NCBI GenBank assembly: GCA_028534125.1
Contig: CM052816.1
Location: 83,268,001-83,332,000 of the forward strand
From: Lama glama
Taxonomy: Eukaryota
Direction: 5' to 3'
Length of the DNA stretch: 64,000 bases
Below are positions 37,821 to 51,969 of the stretch, piece by piece. Every line of letters begins with the position of its first letter. Within the stretch, counting starts at the first letter, position 1. The notes beneath the pieces are model-generated. The model was given only the letters and a program-made list of their open reading frames with translations, made no database searches and was not told where the DNA came from. The translations under genes were made by a program, and so were the position numbers.

Positions 37821-39523
37821 AAAAAGAGAATAATCGCATTCATGGGATGTGTCTCTGTCATTGTGCTGTATTTCTACCTTTAGCTCCTTTTTCTAATGGC
37901 TGGATACAATATCCTCTTTAACTTTATCATATCACTATTATAAATAGAGAGAGCTTATTCTTTGGTTCAAATCGTTCAAAGTTTCTCAGAAGTCATTATG
38001 ACAATGATAAAACAACATTTCTCTAGGCAAGTTATGTCTAATATGTTGTGTTTTCTAAACTAAAACCTACTGCAGGTTTGAATCCTCTCTGGTATGAGCC
38101 GTGCTTTTCTTTCTCAAAGGGCAAGAATACATCATTATATTATTTCTAAGAATGTGTTTAATATAAAACTGACACCAGCCTTTCCTTTTCTCATACTAAA
38201 TGATGTCATTTCAGAAAGCAGTTAACATTAAGGACTTGCATAGAAAGCATTTCAGGGAGGAAGATACATAGCAAAATTGTGGAGGCAAAAATCGATTTAG
38301 GTATTTTCTGCTTTTTATAATAATGGATTAGCTTGTAACAGATTAACTCAACTGCTGGAAAAAAATAGGAAAGTTGGTTAAATTAAAAGAGTATTATCTG
38401 TGGGCATCAGAGAGGTACAAGCTAGAGTGGATTTGATGGACTAAATCCTAAAACAAGGATGTGCATTGTTGAGAGCCTGATACTCTGCACCATTTTTCAC
38501 TCAAAATTGTAATTGCCAATTCATAAGCCAAATTATCAAAACTTAACAACATGGATCTATCTGACCACCATAGCCAATGAAATGTTAGAAGATTCTAGAT
38601 AGGAAAGAACACATAAGATATGATTTATATAAATGTAAAAATATTTTATGTTGGTAGAAGAATAATTATTTGAGAGAGAATGAGGTTTAGATCATGGGAA
38701 GATTCATGTGAGAGGAATGTGGCATACTGCTATTTCTTCATCTGTTTATGACTAGATATGTGTCCTTCCTTGTGGAAATTACAATTCGTGAACTCTGTAT
38801 GTCCAACTTCAGTAAACATGTCACTAGTAACTAAAATTTTCCATTTGTCAATGGTAAGGAAATAAATTTTGGGGCCCTCACTAGTGTTTGGTTCAATGCA
38901 ATGACAATATGCACATTCAATTACAGTAATTAATAGGAAAAAAACATACTTTTTCTAAAAAGAAAAGGAAATGGATTTTCTATTTTGATGAGACAATTAA
39001 GAAATTAATTTAATTAATTCTTCCCTTCCCTTACTTGTCTTCCTATCTGCCTTCCTTTTTTCTTTCACAAGAAATATTTCAACAAATATTTCTCGTCTAC
39101 ACTGGGCCAGATACTATACTTCACTTCTGGGTAGCCTGTCTTCATTGAACCATTTTTGGTGAGATGAGAGGCTCAGTTTACAAAATCAGGCCATGGAGAT
39201 CTGTAAGACAAACTTAGGGACTCGGGAAGTTCAGACACAACATTTGGAGGAAAAGTAAGAGACTCTAGTGTTGCAATCATCAAGGGAAGAAAGGATTGCA
39301 AGAGGGAGTAATTATGTGAAGGAAGGGATGGAGACATCTTCATTAGAGAGATGGGGAAAATGGAGAAGGAGATGAGGTTGTGAATGGGAGGTGAGGCAGT
39401 CAGCGGCCAGACCCTAAATGGAAACAGTGCCTTCAGGAAGTTAGATTTGAGTTAAAAATGTATATACGGTTCTATGGTTTAGAGTTTGTGACTGTCTTTA
39501 GATCAAAGTGGCTGGAACACGTA

Positions 39524-39744
39524 CAGGCATACCTTGGAAGTCTTGCGGGTTTGGTTCCAGGCCACTGCAGTAAAGCATGTATCACAATAAAGTGAGTCCC
39601 ACGATTGTTTTTATTTCCCAGTGCATGTAAAAGTTGTATTTACACTATGATAATGTAGTCTTTTAAGTGGCAATAGCATTATGTCTAAAATATATATATT
39701 TATCTTATTAAAAAATACTTTATTGCTAAAAATGCTAAGTATCA
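39524..39744 (-). mobile_element. Tigger1 (TcMar) terminal fragment
   Basis: TA at 39522-39523, then TIR caggcatacct, followed by ttgcgggtttggttccag...gcaatagcattatgtctaaaa...tttattgctaaaaatgctaa, matching the recalled Tigger1 end. Confidence 0.85.
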
Positions 39745-39769
39745 AAACTTGAAAGCATGGAGTATGTAT

Positions 39770-41775
39770 TATCAAATAGAAAGAAATGTCCATGTTCTTG
39801 AATAGGAATCTGTAACTTGATAAACTGTCAACTTTTTATGAACTAATTTATAAATTTAATTAAATTCATATAAAATAAAAAGTCTAACAATTGCTTTTTA
39901 TGGAGCCAGCTAACTTGATTATGATGTTCACTTGGAAAAACATGAATAAGCAAATTAAATACACAAACAAAAAATAGAAAAGCAATATTGAGAGTTGTTC
40001 TTCCAGCTCTTTTAACTTCTAATATAGCCTCTATAATTAATTGAGTGTGGTATTAATGCACAAATGTAAGAGCAATATATCAAAATTAAAAGACCAGGAA
40101 TATACACAGAAGATAATAAAATTTGCTATCTGATAAACTTGGCACCACATAATAATGAGGGAAGATTAATTTTTTAAATAAATAAATGATTTAATAGCTA
40201 TTGGGATGAGTATAGAAACGAACCTGTATTATATTAAAGGATAAATTCCAGATAGATCAGTGATGTAAATAACAACAACAAAATGATACAGATGTTAAGC
40301 AAAATGGTTAAATTTCTTTATAATCTTGGAAAGGGCAATACCACTGTGAAACTACAAAGCAATAATAATAGTGATTGATAAATGCAACTTGTTTAAAAAG
40401 CAAACTAATAAACAAACCAAATTGACTTTAAATGTATTACAAATACAACTCAAAAAGGGAATCACAAATGGGAAACAAAGGAAGAGCATTTATAATTTAC
40501 ATCACACACTTATAATCTGTAATAACAATAAAGAAAATGTGATTATGTAAATAAAGTATATATATATATATTTAGAACTGAACATGGAACTTAAAAATAT
40601 TAAACTCATACTAAGAGAAAATTAAGAGACAAATCACCCAAACTACCATGAGGTAATTTACCTATCTGACTGGCAAAATTCAAGCTTAAGAACATATTTT
40701 ACTAATATGATTATGGGAAAATAGACATTTATAAGCATTTAATAGGCAAGAATATGTACATTTACTCTTTGAGCAATTTTAACTCTAAGATTCTACCCAT
40801 TGCTTAAGATCTGCTTTTAATAATAAGATATATTTGTGCAGTGGTTTCTTGATCTTTTCTTGAAAACTTCCTTTTATAAAAGCAAGAATCAGCTAAATAT
40901 AATCTTGTAAATGATTTAATGGATAGGGCATTTCTGGATTCAACACCATGACCTCATCAATCTTATGTTAGGACATTTAATGTTTACTTTAGAAGTGTCT
41001 TTGACAATTGAACACTGCTTAACTTTTATTCTTAGACTAGCTGTTCTTTGGTACTTATACTAAATAGATGAATATTATATGAGTACTTCTACTCAATATG
41101 TGAATATTATAGTGTAACAGTGGAGACATAAGTCAAATACAAAAAAAAAAAAAGCGTATCACAGTGTCCACCTACAGATTGGTCCTCCAACTTAACTGTA
41201 AGATATAAAATCAGCCTGTTAACCATTTTTGTGCATACAGACTGGCCCCAAGTATATACAACTTATTTTCTCTTTTCAAACCTGAAGTGAATTAAAAATT
41301 CTAAGCTATAAAAGAAGGTAATACTGATTTCCTCCCCAAGAATGACTTATACACAAATGTGTTGATTTTAGCATCATTTATAACATCAAAAATTTAATGG
41401 AAAAGCTTGAATGAATAAGTTTTGTTATATCTGCACAAAGAAAAATAATTAATCCATAAAAATGAATGAGGAAAAGTTTTATGAATTGACATGGAGTCAT
41501 GCAAATATTCTGAAGAAGACAAGGAAAAGGTGCAGGAGAATATGTATATATGGACACACACTTATTTGCTGCAATTTGTGAAAAAAATGAAGGAAAACAT
41601 GCAAATATATATTTGCAAAGGGCAACATTGAAATAACCACTAATTATAATACAAATGTTTCTTTTAAGAAGTGAAGGGTATATTTTAGAAAGAACAGGAA
41701 TAGAAGTAAGATTTTTCCCCTAAATATTTGTCATTTTATGATTCTGCTTTTGGAATATTATAATGATTTTACATA
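39770..41775 (+). mobile_element. Old LINE-1 (L1ME-like) fragments
   Basis: ccatgttcttgaataggaa, ataaattccagatagatca and cctatctgactggcaaaa motifs. Patchy. Confidence 0.55.
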
Positions 41776-41789
41776 TTTAAAAACCAAAT

Positions 41790-43384
41790 TATTCTGTTAT
41801 ACTTTCTGATTTCAAGCTATACTATAAAGACATAGCAATTGAACAGTATGATACTGGCATAAAAATAGACACACAGACAAATAAACAGACCAGAGAACCC
41901 AGAATTAAACCCCCACATATACAGTCAACTAATATTTGATGAGAGAACCAAGAACCTAGTGGGGAAAGGATAGTTTCTTCAACAAATGATGCTGGGAAAA
42001 CTGGACAAACATGCAGAAAAATAAAATTTGACCCCTGTATTACACCACTTACAAAAATTAACTCAAAATGCCAAAGACTTAAATGTAAGACCTAATATCA
42101 TAAAACTCCTAGGAGAAAATACAGAGAGTTGATCTTGGCTATGATTTTTTTGGATATGATACCAAAAGCACAAATAACAAAAGCAAAAATCAACAGGTGG
42201 AACTATATAAAACCTAAAATCTTCTGCACAGCCAAAGAAACAATCAACAAAATGAAAAGGCAACCTACATAATGGAAGAAAATATTTGCAAACCATATAT
42301 CAGATAATCTTATTTTCTCTTATTAATATCCAAAATATATAAAGGACTCATATGCTTCTACAACAACAAAGAAAAATTTTAATGGGCTGAAGAACTAAAT
42401 AGACATTTTTCCAAAGAAGACATCCAAATGGCCAACAGGTACATGAAAAGATGTTCAATATCATTAATCATCAGGGAAATGCAAATCAAAACCACAATGA
42501 CATCACCTCACACCTTATAGAATGGCTATCATCAAAATGACAAGAGATAACAAATGTTGGTAAGGATGTGGAGAAAAGGAAGCCCTTTTCTGCTGTTGGT
42601 GGGAATATAAACTAATTCAACCACTATGGAAAATAATATGGAGGTTCATCAAAAAATTAAATAGATCTACCATATGATCCAGCAGTTTCACTTCTGGGTA
42701 TATATCCAAAGGAAATGAAAACATGATATGAAAGATATGTCTGCATTCTCATGCTGAATGCAGCATTACTTACAATAGCAAAGATATGGAAACAATCTAA
42801 GTGTACCTCAATGGAAGTATGAATACCGCATCTTTGTGGTATATGTATGTATATATGTATACACACACGCACGTGTGCATATATACTTCAGCCATGAGAA
42901 AGAAGAACATCCTAATATTTGTGACACGGATGAATCTTGAGGACATTTTTCTAAGTAAAACAAGTCAGACAGAGAAGGATAAATACTGTGTAGTATCACT
43001 TATATATGAGATCTAAAAAAGTCAAACTTGTAAAACCAGAGAGTGGAATGGTGGTTAGCAGAAGATTAGGGTAAGGATGGAGGGAGGAGAAATAGGACTG
43101 ATGTTGCTTAAAGGTATAAACTTGCAACAAGTAATAAATAACTCGAAGAGATCTAGTGCACACTACAGTCAATACAGACCTCAATGTTGTATTACAGGCA
43201 TCAAACTTGCTAATAGACTAGATCTTAATTATTCCAACTTAAAAAAATTATATGATGTGATAGAGGTGCTAATTATTGCTACAATGGCAATCATATTACA
43301 ATATATAAATGTGTCAAATCAGTATGTTACTATACCTTAGATTTAAATAACGTATGTCAAATATATTTCAATAAAAAATAAAAT
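41790..43384 (+). mobile_element. 5'-truncated LINE-1 (L1MA9-like) with TSD
   Basis: ORF2 C-terminus plus 3'UTR and an A-rich tail. 11-bp TSD aaaaaccaaat at 41779-41789 and 43385-43395, preceded by ttt (L1 endonuclease TT|AAAA site). Confidence 0.92.
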
Positions 43385-46300
43385 AAAAACCAAATGAAAT
43401 ACAAAACCAACTTTCTCTAATTGAAAACTAAAGCAAATGAGTCCAACCATATACAATATTGGGGTCCTAAACAAATACACAAAATATAATTACTTCAAAT
43501 GATTTTAGAACACAATATTTTGACTCTGTGCCTTTAGTGTAATATATGCTAAAACCAAGTAGAGTTTTTAAGCAATCCTAATTAGAGTTTCTAAGTAATC
43601 CTAATGAATCCTGTCATTCAGGTGGCTAATATTGAATCATAAAGTAGTATTATTGTGCAGCTGTGTTTAAATGCATGGCACCATTCTATGACCTATGTTT
43701 GGTAAATGGGAGTAGATACTCTGTCACTAAGGCAATTAGAACCACTGATTTTGAATAGGATACTGGACAAAACATTTGATAACGTTTAATTCTATTCTAC
43801 ATTACAAAGGTAACAGAGCACAGGCAAGCAGTGCTATTTTATTGTTTGCTTAACCTATCTTCCTATTTAATCATCCCACAATTTATTCATATCCCTCACC
43901 ATGTGGTGAGATTTTATTTTGCATCACAATCTCTTACTGAACTTCATAGGCATACATCTTTCCATAACATGGGAAAAATCAAAACTTGTCTGATTTGAAT
44001 TAGCCAGGTTTGGCTCTAATAGTGGGGCTGGAAGAAAGTAGGAATTTAGGATTTCTAATAATAAAATTTATTTTTTTACATCACACGTTTTTGGTTAAGC
44101 TCATATCCAACTCTTAACACATTTTTCATATACTTTTTCCCAGATCCTAAGGCATCCAAGTTACCCTTATTTGGGCAAACTGACTTGCCAAATTTTAACA
44201 TAAATAACAAATAGGTGGATTACTCGAAATATAATCTTACAGACCCAAGTTAGCAAAGCAGAAGATAAACTATATCTAATGTTTTTTCCTTGTATCATTT
44301 AAAGAAATAATTCTAGGTAGAATAAACAATCAATAGAAAATAATGCCGCTCAGTGCAGGGTACAGCAGACAGAAATGGAGGTCCCTGGACACAGGAAAGC
44401 CAAGGTAAGATAACACTGGTAGGGATGCTTGGGATTAATTTTGCCTCCTTTCTTTCTCAAGAAAGTAACCTTGACATTGCAGAGCTTGGTGAGGACACAG
44501 GAAAATCTATTCTTTTCAGAGATTCACCTAAATAAAAAAGTTCAGGTTATTATTTTAACACCATACTGAGTGGTGGCTTAAGACTGTATTTTAAAAAATA
44601 GTGCTCCAGCAAGCTGTCTTTTTCATATCAAAAGTCATTCCTAGCTGCTTTCCTTATGCAAAGAAAGATCAGAGAAATTCAGACCAAGATACTCTGCAAC
44701 TATTATTTTTCTTGTGAAATCACTTTTTTTTCAGGAATTTCTGTAATCCTGCCTAAATTAGTTGAGATATTTTACATTGTGTGTTCAATCTTCTGCCTAT
44801 TTAAGAGCCAATTTTAAATATGCTTCTATGTTTAAAATTCTTTAGTTCAAAATTTAGAAGCCAGAAAATGAAATGTCTTTAGCCAAGGATAGTTTCACAT
44901 TGGTCAAACAGTCGTAAAATGTTCAGTTCATGTTCTCAAACCATCTTTGTATACTTCCAGAGCTGATTATTGACTGCAGATATTGTTAAATTCACTCATA
45001 TAAATAGACAAATACTTCAAAGGTAAAGTTAAAACTGAAGTCAAACCATGGATAACAATCAAGCCTACTTTCTTCTATAGGATGCTCTTTACTCACTTTA
45101 TAGAGTTTAAACCTTTCCCTTTCTTGAAATTGCTTAACAAACCAGAACCAACTTACAGCAGCATATACTGATAAACAAAGGTAAAAGATTTCTCACTTGC
45201 CAGAGAATGACCATGGAGAACTTTAAAATTGTAAAACCTTGGATTAACTCAAGCTGAAGCAGGTGGACAGATTCCAGGCTCATTTTTTCCAGGAAAATAA
45301 TTGTATCCATTTGAGTCTGGCAGAGAGAGGTTTTTGGATGACTCTGATGGCAGACATATTATGAAGCTCAATTTTTAAGAAAATCATAGTAAAAATATCA
45401 AGTAAAAAACAGTTAAATTACCATGGACGCGCAAAATGTTGTGGTTTAACAGCACTGGAAGGATGAAAAGCAAACCTCTTTTCACATTCAAAGGCCAGAT
45501 TATACCTTTAGAATCTTCAGTGACATCCAATAAGGTATTTAGGCTCACATTTTGTGCAAAAAGTTAAAACAGACTTAATGATAGCACTGAAATTGGCTTG
45601 AGGGCTAAATAGTAATAAATGTCCACTCAATGAAGTAGAAATTTTATTTTGTAATAAATCAGTAAATCCCTACTATATGGGATGTAGTATTTAAAAAGCC
45701 TGGGTTTATGTATTTATCCAGAGCATGCAAAGGGAATTTCACTTTATAAAATAAAGAGAAAAGTATATTCAACATCTTCCAAATCTCAGATTTAGAAGCT
45801 GGTCAAATTTAACCTCAGAAATTATATATATAATTATATATTATGTATTATATATTTTATATATATATAGTCTCAAAAAGTATATTGTAGAAAATATTAG
45901 AATAAATATATTAAGACAAATGAATTATTTTCTAAATTTATTAAAGCTTTTCAAAGTTGGGATTCTTGATCCAGGGTGTCCATTTATCTTTTTTTGGGAA
46001 GTCCTTTTTTTTTTTATTAGAAGGTATGTAGCTTTTATTTCTAAAAGAATTACAGTCACTAAAATGAGTAAAGGTAATACGAAAATCCAAAACAAGAACA
46101 AGTGAAACATCGCTTGGAAGATAAGAAAAACAAGACTATTCAAGAAATTATACAAAAAGAATTAGAAACATAATCCTAAATTAGAGAAGTGCAGATTACC
46201 CCCCAAATATTTTATACCTATTCTTTCAAGAATTGTACTTGGCACCATTTAAATTGGTACCATGTTAATTAATGTCATTGAAAACTTAAATTCAGATAGA

Positions 46301-47125
46301 GTTTTCCAAGTGTGTAATTTTATGTATGTGCCCCTACAGTTGTATGATGGTAAAGGGGGCTTCATGTGACGCTTAAGGCACAGCCAGTTTGCTTAAAGGC
46401 AGCTTGGGAGCCTCATATAGGGGTGCTAGGTTTCTGAGTATTTTTAATGCTTTTCAAAATACTTTTAAATGAACACTGTGATGCCAGCTGTTGTCACTTT
46501 AACTCATCAAGTGCTTGTGGTTAATCTTTCCTTTTTAATGTGTCAGTGATGTTGATATCCCTTTCCAGAGGAGACTGAGGAAAGATTAGTGATCACAGCA
46601 TAACTTTATGTGGGCTGACTATGAGGGCTGTGATTTGTTTTATTATCATTTATCCTAAATTAGAAACTTTAAGTATTTCCATTAAGATAGTTTATTTGCA
46701 TAATCTTGTAATGAACCATCCTTTTACAGATTTGTCAAAATTGGTTAAAGCTCTCTAGTAACAAGGACATTTCCCTCCCACCCCTAAACAAGGAAAAAGA
46801 CAAATTTAAAAGCATTTTAAGGTTATGGCTTATGTTTCTTATAGATTCAATCACTTGACTGAGATTTTATTGCTGAATGTGTTCTATATTCTTCCTAATA
46901 CCCAAAGTAAAATTGCACATGATGAACATGGGTCTTTTTAAGCAATCAGCCTATTCCAAAACTCACGAAAACAATGAATCTTACTGCTGGAAGGAAGTTA
47001 AAACTGAACCTGCTTTACTAAATGCAAAGTGGCAGAAGCATTTGCATGTAGAAAGCAGTCCTCTTTCTAAGGAATGTCAAACCTTACAAAGGAAAAGCAA
47101 GCCTGAGGGTAACGAAATCAGATAA

Positions 47126-47625
47126 NNNNNNNNNNNNNNNNNNNNNNNNNNNNNNNNNNNNNNNNNNNNNNNNNNNNNNNNNNNNNNNNNNNNNNNNNNN
47201 NNNNNNNNNNNNNNNNNNNNNNNNNNNNNNNNNNNNNNNNNNNNNNNNNNNNNNNNNNNNNNNNNNNNNNNNNNNNNNNNNNNNNNNNNNNNNNNNNNNN
47301 NNNNNNNNNNNNNNNNNNNNNNNNNNNNNNNNNNNNNNNNNNNNNNNNNNNNNNNNNNNNNNNNNNNNNNNNNNNNNNNNNNNNNNNNNNNNNNNNNNNN
47401 NNNNNNNNNNNNNNNNNNNNNNNNNNNNNNNNNNNNNNNNNNNNNNNNNNNNNNNNNNNNNNNNNNNNNNNNNNNNNNNNNNNNNNNNNNNNNNNNNNNN
47501 NNNNNNNNNNNNNNNNNNNNNNNNNNNNNNNNNNNNNNNNNNNNNNNNNNNNNNNNNNNNNNNNNNNNNNNNNNNNNNNNNNNNNNNNNNNNNNNNNNNN
47601 NNNNNNNNNNNNNNNNNNNNNNNNN
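47126..47625. other. Assembly gap (500 N)
   Basis: Run of N with a round length. Confidence 0.99.
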
Positions 47626-47879
47626 AAAACTATGACACAGCAAAGCTAGGATGTAAATTAAGGAATGTCTTCATTCTAAATTTTGCAGTCTCTCCTATTA
47701 AATCATAGTAACTGAGGTTAAATTATTAATATTTGGTTTTCTAAAATTTATCTATGAATTAGATAATCATTAGCTGTAAATGACTATTAAACAATGTTAC
47801 TGTTTCAAAACTTTTTACTTGCCAGTGTCAGAAAAAAAAATTACATACTCTATTCAATCAATATAGTTTGTATTCTAGG

Positions 47880-48000
47880 GGATTAAGGGCCATTTCTGTC
47901 CAGTTCAAAATTGTATTTGCAGTATAAGACACAGTTCTTAGTACTTGCAGATGCAGAGTATTTTTTGAATAAATGGATGAACTGACAAATAAATGAATAT
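47880..48000 (+). mobile_element. L2 3' end
   Basis: acacagttcttagtac...ttgaataaatggatgaa...aaataaatgaat tail. Confidence 0.5.
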
Positions 48001-48592
48001 TGGTGGATTTTATTTAACACTAAAGTTAATTTTGCTGTATCAGAAATTAATTTTTCTATGACCTGTCATATTATTGTGCTATTTTAATAACTTAGTAAAC
48101 AAAACAGAAAATAAATTCTTCACTAAGGAAACAAATTATTTTTTATGTGTAGGGGGCAGGGTTTTTGTTTGCTTTGAAAGTATTAAAACTATTATCTATC
48201 TGTATCTATATAAAGAGAGAAATTAATAAATTTTATTGACTAATACAATCAAATTATAAACTATAATCTCAGGACATATGAAAGGAATAAACTAGTGATG
48301 TCATTAGTCATGTTGAAGATACATATTTTTATAATATTTAACTGGAGGAAACTCAAGAGTATGCTCAAATGTGAACCATGCTCTCTGAAGGTCCTCTGCT
48401 TCCTTGTCACTGGACCCTGATTACCCATATTTAATTATTGTGACTCTTGTGTAAAACAATCCATCTTATTACTTCCTGAGAAGATAAATGTGCTATGTGA
48501 TTGAAAAACTACTTTTCACATGAGTTTTGACTCCTAAAATGCTTAAAATACTCGCCAGAATTCTAAAAGGTTAAGTGTAATGCTTTGCTCTT

Positions 48593-48985
48593 TGTATTAG
48601 CTTGCTAGGGCTGCCATAGCAACAAACCATCAACTAGGCAGCTTACACAAGATTAATTAATGTTTTTCAGTCCTGGAGGCTAGAAGTCCATGATCCATGT
48701 ATGGGCAAGTCTTATTTCTTCTGAGGTCTCTCTCCTTGGCTTGTAGGTGGCCACCTTCTCTCTGTCCTCCCTCTCTGCACATGTGCCCCCAGGGTCTCTC
48801 TGTGTGTCCTAATCTCTTCTTATAAAGACATTAGTCAGAATAGATGAGCATCCACAAAATCAGCCTCATTTTTAACTGAATTACATCTTTAAAGAATGTG
48901 TCACCAAATATAGTCACATTCTGAGGTACTAGGGGTTAGGACTTGAACATACAGATTTGGTAGAACATTAATTCAGCTTGTAACA
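48593..48985 (-). mobile_element. MaLR solo LTR (MLT1A/B-like), ~393 bp
   Basis: tgtattagcttgctagggctgccata ... ctggaggctagaagtcca ... gtcacattctgaggtactaggggttaggactt ... gtaaca. Confidence 0.88.
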
Positions 48986-50169
48986 CTAATACAATGTGGG
49001 TATTACAACTAATTAATTAAGAGTAACTTGTTTACGTATCAAGACTGGTTCAACTAGGAGAGATGACAGTTGAATCTAAGATGAAAAAAAAAGTCAGCAG
49101 TAGGCAAGGCACATAAAGGAGTGAAGAAACTAAACACCAAAAATTTTTTAAAAAAGCAAAAAATAAAACTTTTAATTCTAATCAATTTATTTTCTAAGCA
49201 ATTTAGAATTTTTGCTTTACTGCATTGCCCAGATCATGAATGGCATTTTCAACCATCAGTATTATTCTCTTTTAGAGGAAATCATTTAAGAAAATTAAGT
49301 TGTCTATGGCATTCAAAAATGTTTTCCCCTTCAATCATTTTAATCTCAGAAAGATTTATTTTTAGAGCCCATAATTATACACTTTAGACATAATGTAATA
49401 TAAGATATGATGATCTGAAGACTCCTGAATACTGAATTGGTACCAGATAAGACAACACTCCTTCTCTTGAGATTCTCAACAGAGAAAAACAGCAAATAAG
49501 AACAAAAACAAAAAGTGAAAGCAATTGATTATTAATTGGTCTTACTCTCCAACTTCTCAATTCAGTAGACTATGTTAATAGGGTGCAACCAGTGGCTTAA
49601 AAGTCATACTTACATCATCTCTATGTGGCCCTAAGTATGGAGCCAACTGAAGAGTAAGACAGAAAGACAAGATAATAGAATGGGTTTTTAAAAGGCGGGG
49701 GTGGGGGTGGGGGGAAGGGTGGTTTATATCTCCTACTTTACTCTCCATGACAGTGATTGCTAGAAAACAAGGACCACAAATTGTATGGTTTGTGGCATCT
49801 CAATAAATATGTTAACAATCACTTTGGGAATAGTTTAAATTCTTAGTGGCATGTTTGAAAGATGGCTAGAAAATAAATCTGAGAGAGGTTTTGATACAAT
49901 TATATTCAATATTAAGAACACTTACCCAGGACTGCACAAATAACTTTCCCATACTCAATAAAATAGCATTATTCCACCCCCAATCTATTCTTAACATGCC
50001 TTTTCTTTTCTTTCTGCTCAGGAAATGCTTTGCACATATGCATTGGATGTAGCATATTGCTGTTGCTGTTAAGGTTTGTCCCTCAGACATTCAGATCTTT
50101 GTTAAAACAGGAACTGACTTACTGACTTCAGGATGCTGGGTGTAACTTAAAAATTAATGGAACTAATTG

Positions 50170-50171
<2 letters not shown>

Positions 50172-50206
<35 letters not shown>

Positions 50207-50212
50207 TGTGTG
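50172..50212. repeat. (GT)n microsatellite
   Basis: About 20 GT units with one interruption. Confidence 0.95.
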
Positions 50213-51669
50213 CAGGATGTCTTATTTTAGAATCATTTTCTAATCACTGTATGTTTCAGCCTAGTCACAATTATTAGGGCACTTATTTCACTGTCATACA
50301 TGTTTTTATTTGTTTACAAAATAAAATAGTTTTTTAAATGTTTAATCAAAATTGCCAATTATCTGTATTTGCCTAATGATCTCCTGATATGTGATGTGTT
50401 ACCAGGAGGATAACATAGGATAGACAAAAAGCTGTGAAACATTCTATGCTTTTTAAAATATCCCTCATCTGACACTGAAACCTGAAATTATGGCTAATAA
50501 CCACAATAAGAAAAACTTTTAAAAGACTATTTGCTATTCAATGTAATATCATATATTAAATGAAATATTATGCCAAATTTTTTCATTATTCAAAGAAAGA
50601 AATAAGCTTGTAAAAAATTTAAAAAATACATACATTAAAAAAATAAACATATTCCTACCTAGTCAGCAAAGCACATTGCCAAAAATAGGAACACGTTTTT
50701 GATAGTTCTGTATTTAGCTATGTAAACTCTTCTGAAAATGTTCCAACATATTAGGAGCATAATAGAAATGTGCTCTGCTAAAATAGTTTCCTTTATTATC
50801 AGTGCTACTTTCATAAGTGACTTAGGAATATTATATTCCATATATTTACAAATAAATTATGTTAAATAAGAATTATATGTAATGTATTACATACAGATTA
50901 TAGTTGCTAGAGTTTCTCAAGACCTAAATGGGATCATAATCCATGGACCCTGAAGTAAAATTACATCTTTATATGCTATATCGCCATCTAGCTCACTGCC
51001 TAGGTATTTACCCATTTATACGTATTTGTGTCTGTGTATGGGGGGGTATACATGAGATTTTGTTGTATCTGTGTGTGTGGTATATGCATGATGTTGTATA
51101 TATACAAAAAATCATGAATATACACCATGTATTAAAAAAGTCAAGACATATACATATTTTCAAGTAGTACTACATTTACTGCTGATGCTGTTAAATTTCC
51201 TTTTAAAAATTGGCTTGATATCAGCAAAATACATGTTTCAGTATTCACAATAACAGAGAGAGCCCCTAATATATGAAATCATTCCAATATTCATAACTCA
51301 TTGACTTACACCATTTTTAACCATTTTGGTGTGACTGTGAAATTGGACTGAGTCGGCTTCACAAAATCTTGAAAAAAACACCTAACTGTGACGAACTAAA
51401 ATTATTCCCTAAATATTATAATCAAAATGTGTCAGTTACATATGGTTTTACTGATTTATTGAATACTAGTTAAAATAGCATTATACACCTAGCTGGCATT
51501 TTCCCAATATAATAGTTTCCTATAGAACTACTTTTTTTTTTTTAAAGAAGTTTGACTTATGGGGATACTGAACACACACACAAGATTAGTAAATAGAGAC
51601 TCACGTACATTACAGCAAAGAGCAGTGGTCATCTACATGAAAATTTGAGTTACACACTAAATTATTCTG

Positions 51670-51965
51670 CTACTGTTGCAATAAATAGACTACCAAAAAA
51701 ATTCAGTGGTCTATCTAGCAAGCATTTATTTTTCTCACTCATGCTCTGTTTAACAACTGGATGACATTGCCTCAGACATCAGGGAGCTTGACTTGGCTCT
51801 GGGCTTTGAGTAGAGTTTAGATATACTCCACAGGTGTCCACATTCTCCTTGGCAAGCACCAGCCAGGGCATATGACTTTCACAGTTGGCCCAGGAGTAAA
51901 AGAGTGTAAGACAAACTACCCAAGAACCAAAACTACTCACAGATCACTGGACAAACCAAGTCCAA
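51670..51965 (-). mobile_element. Old MaLR LTR fragment (MLT1J/K-like)
   Basis: aaattcagtggtct...aagcatttatttttctcactcatg ... cactggacaaaccaagtc motifs. Confidence 0.5.
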
Positions 51966-51969
51966 TGAC

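Noticed and set aside
44316..44410. + strand exon ending at AAG|GTAAGA (44404)
   Set aside because: Good donor but no convincing acceptor or partner exon.
47077..47643. 188-aa ORF, the longest in the track
   Set aside because: Artefact of translating through the N gap.
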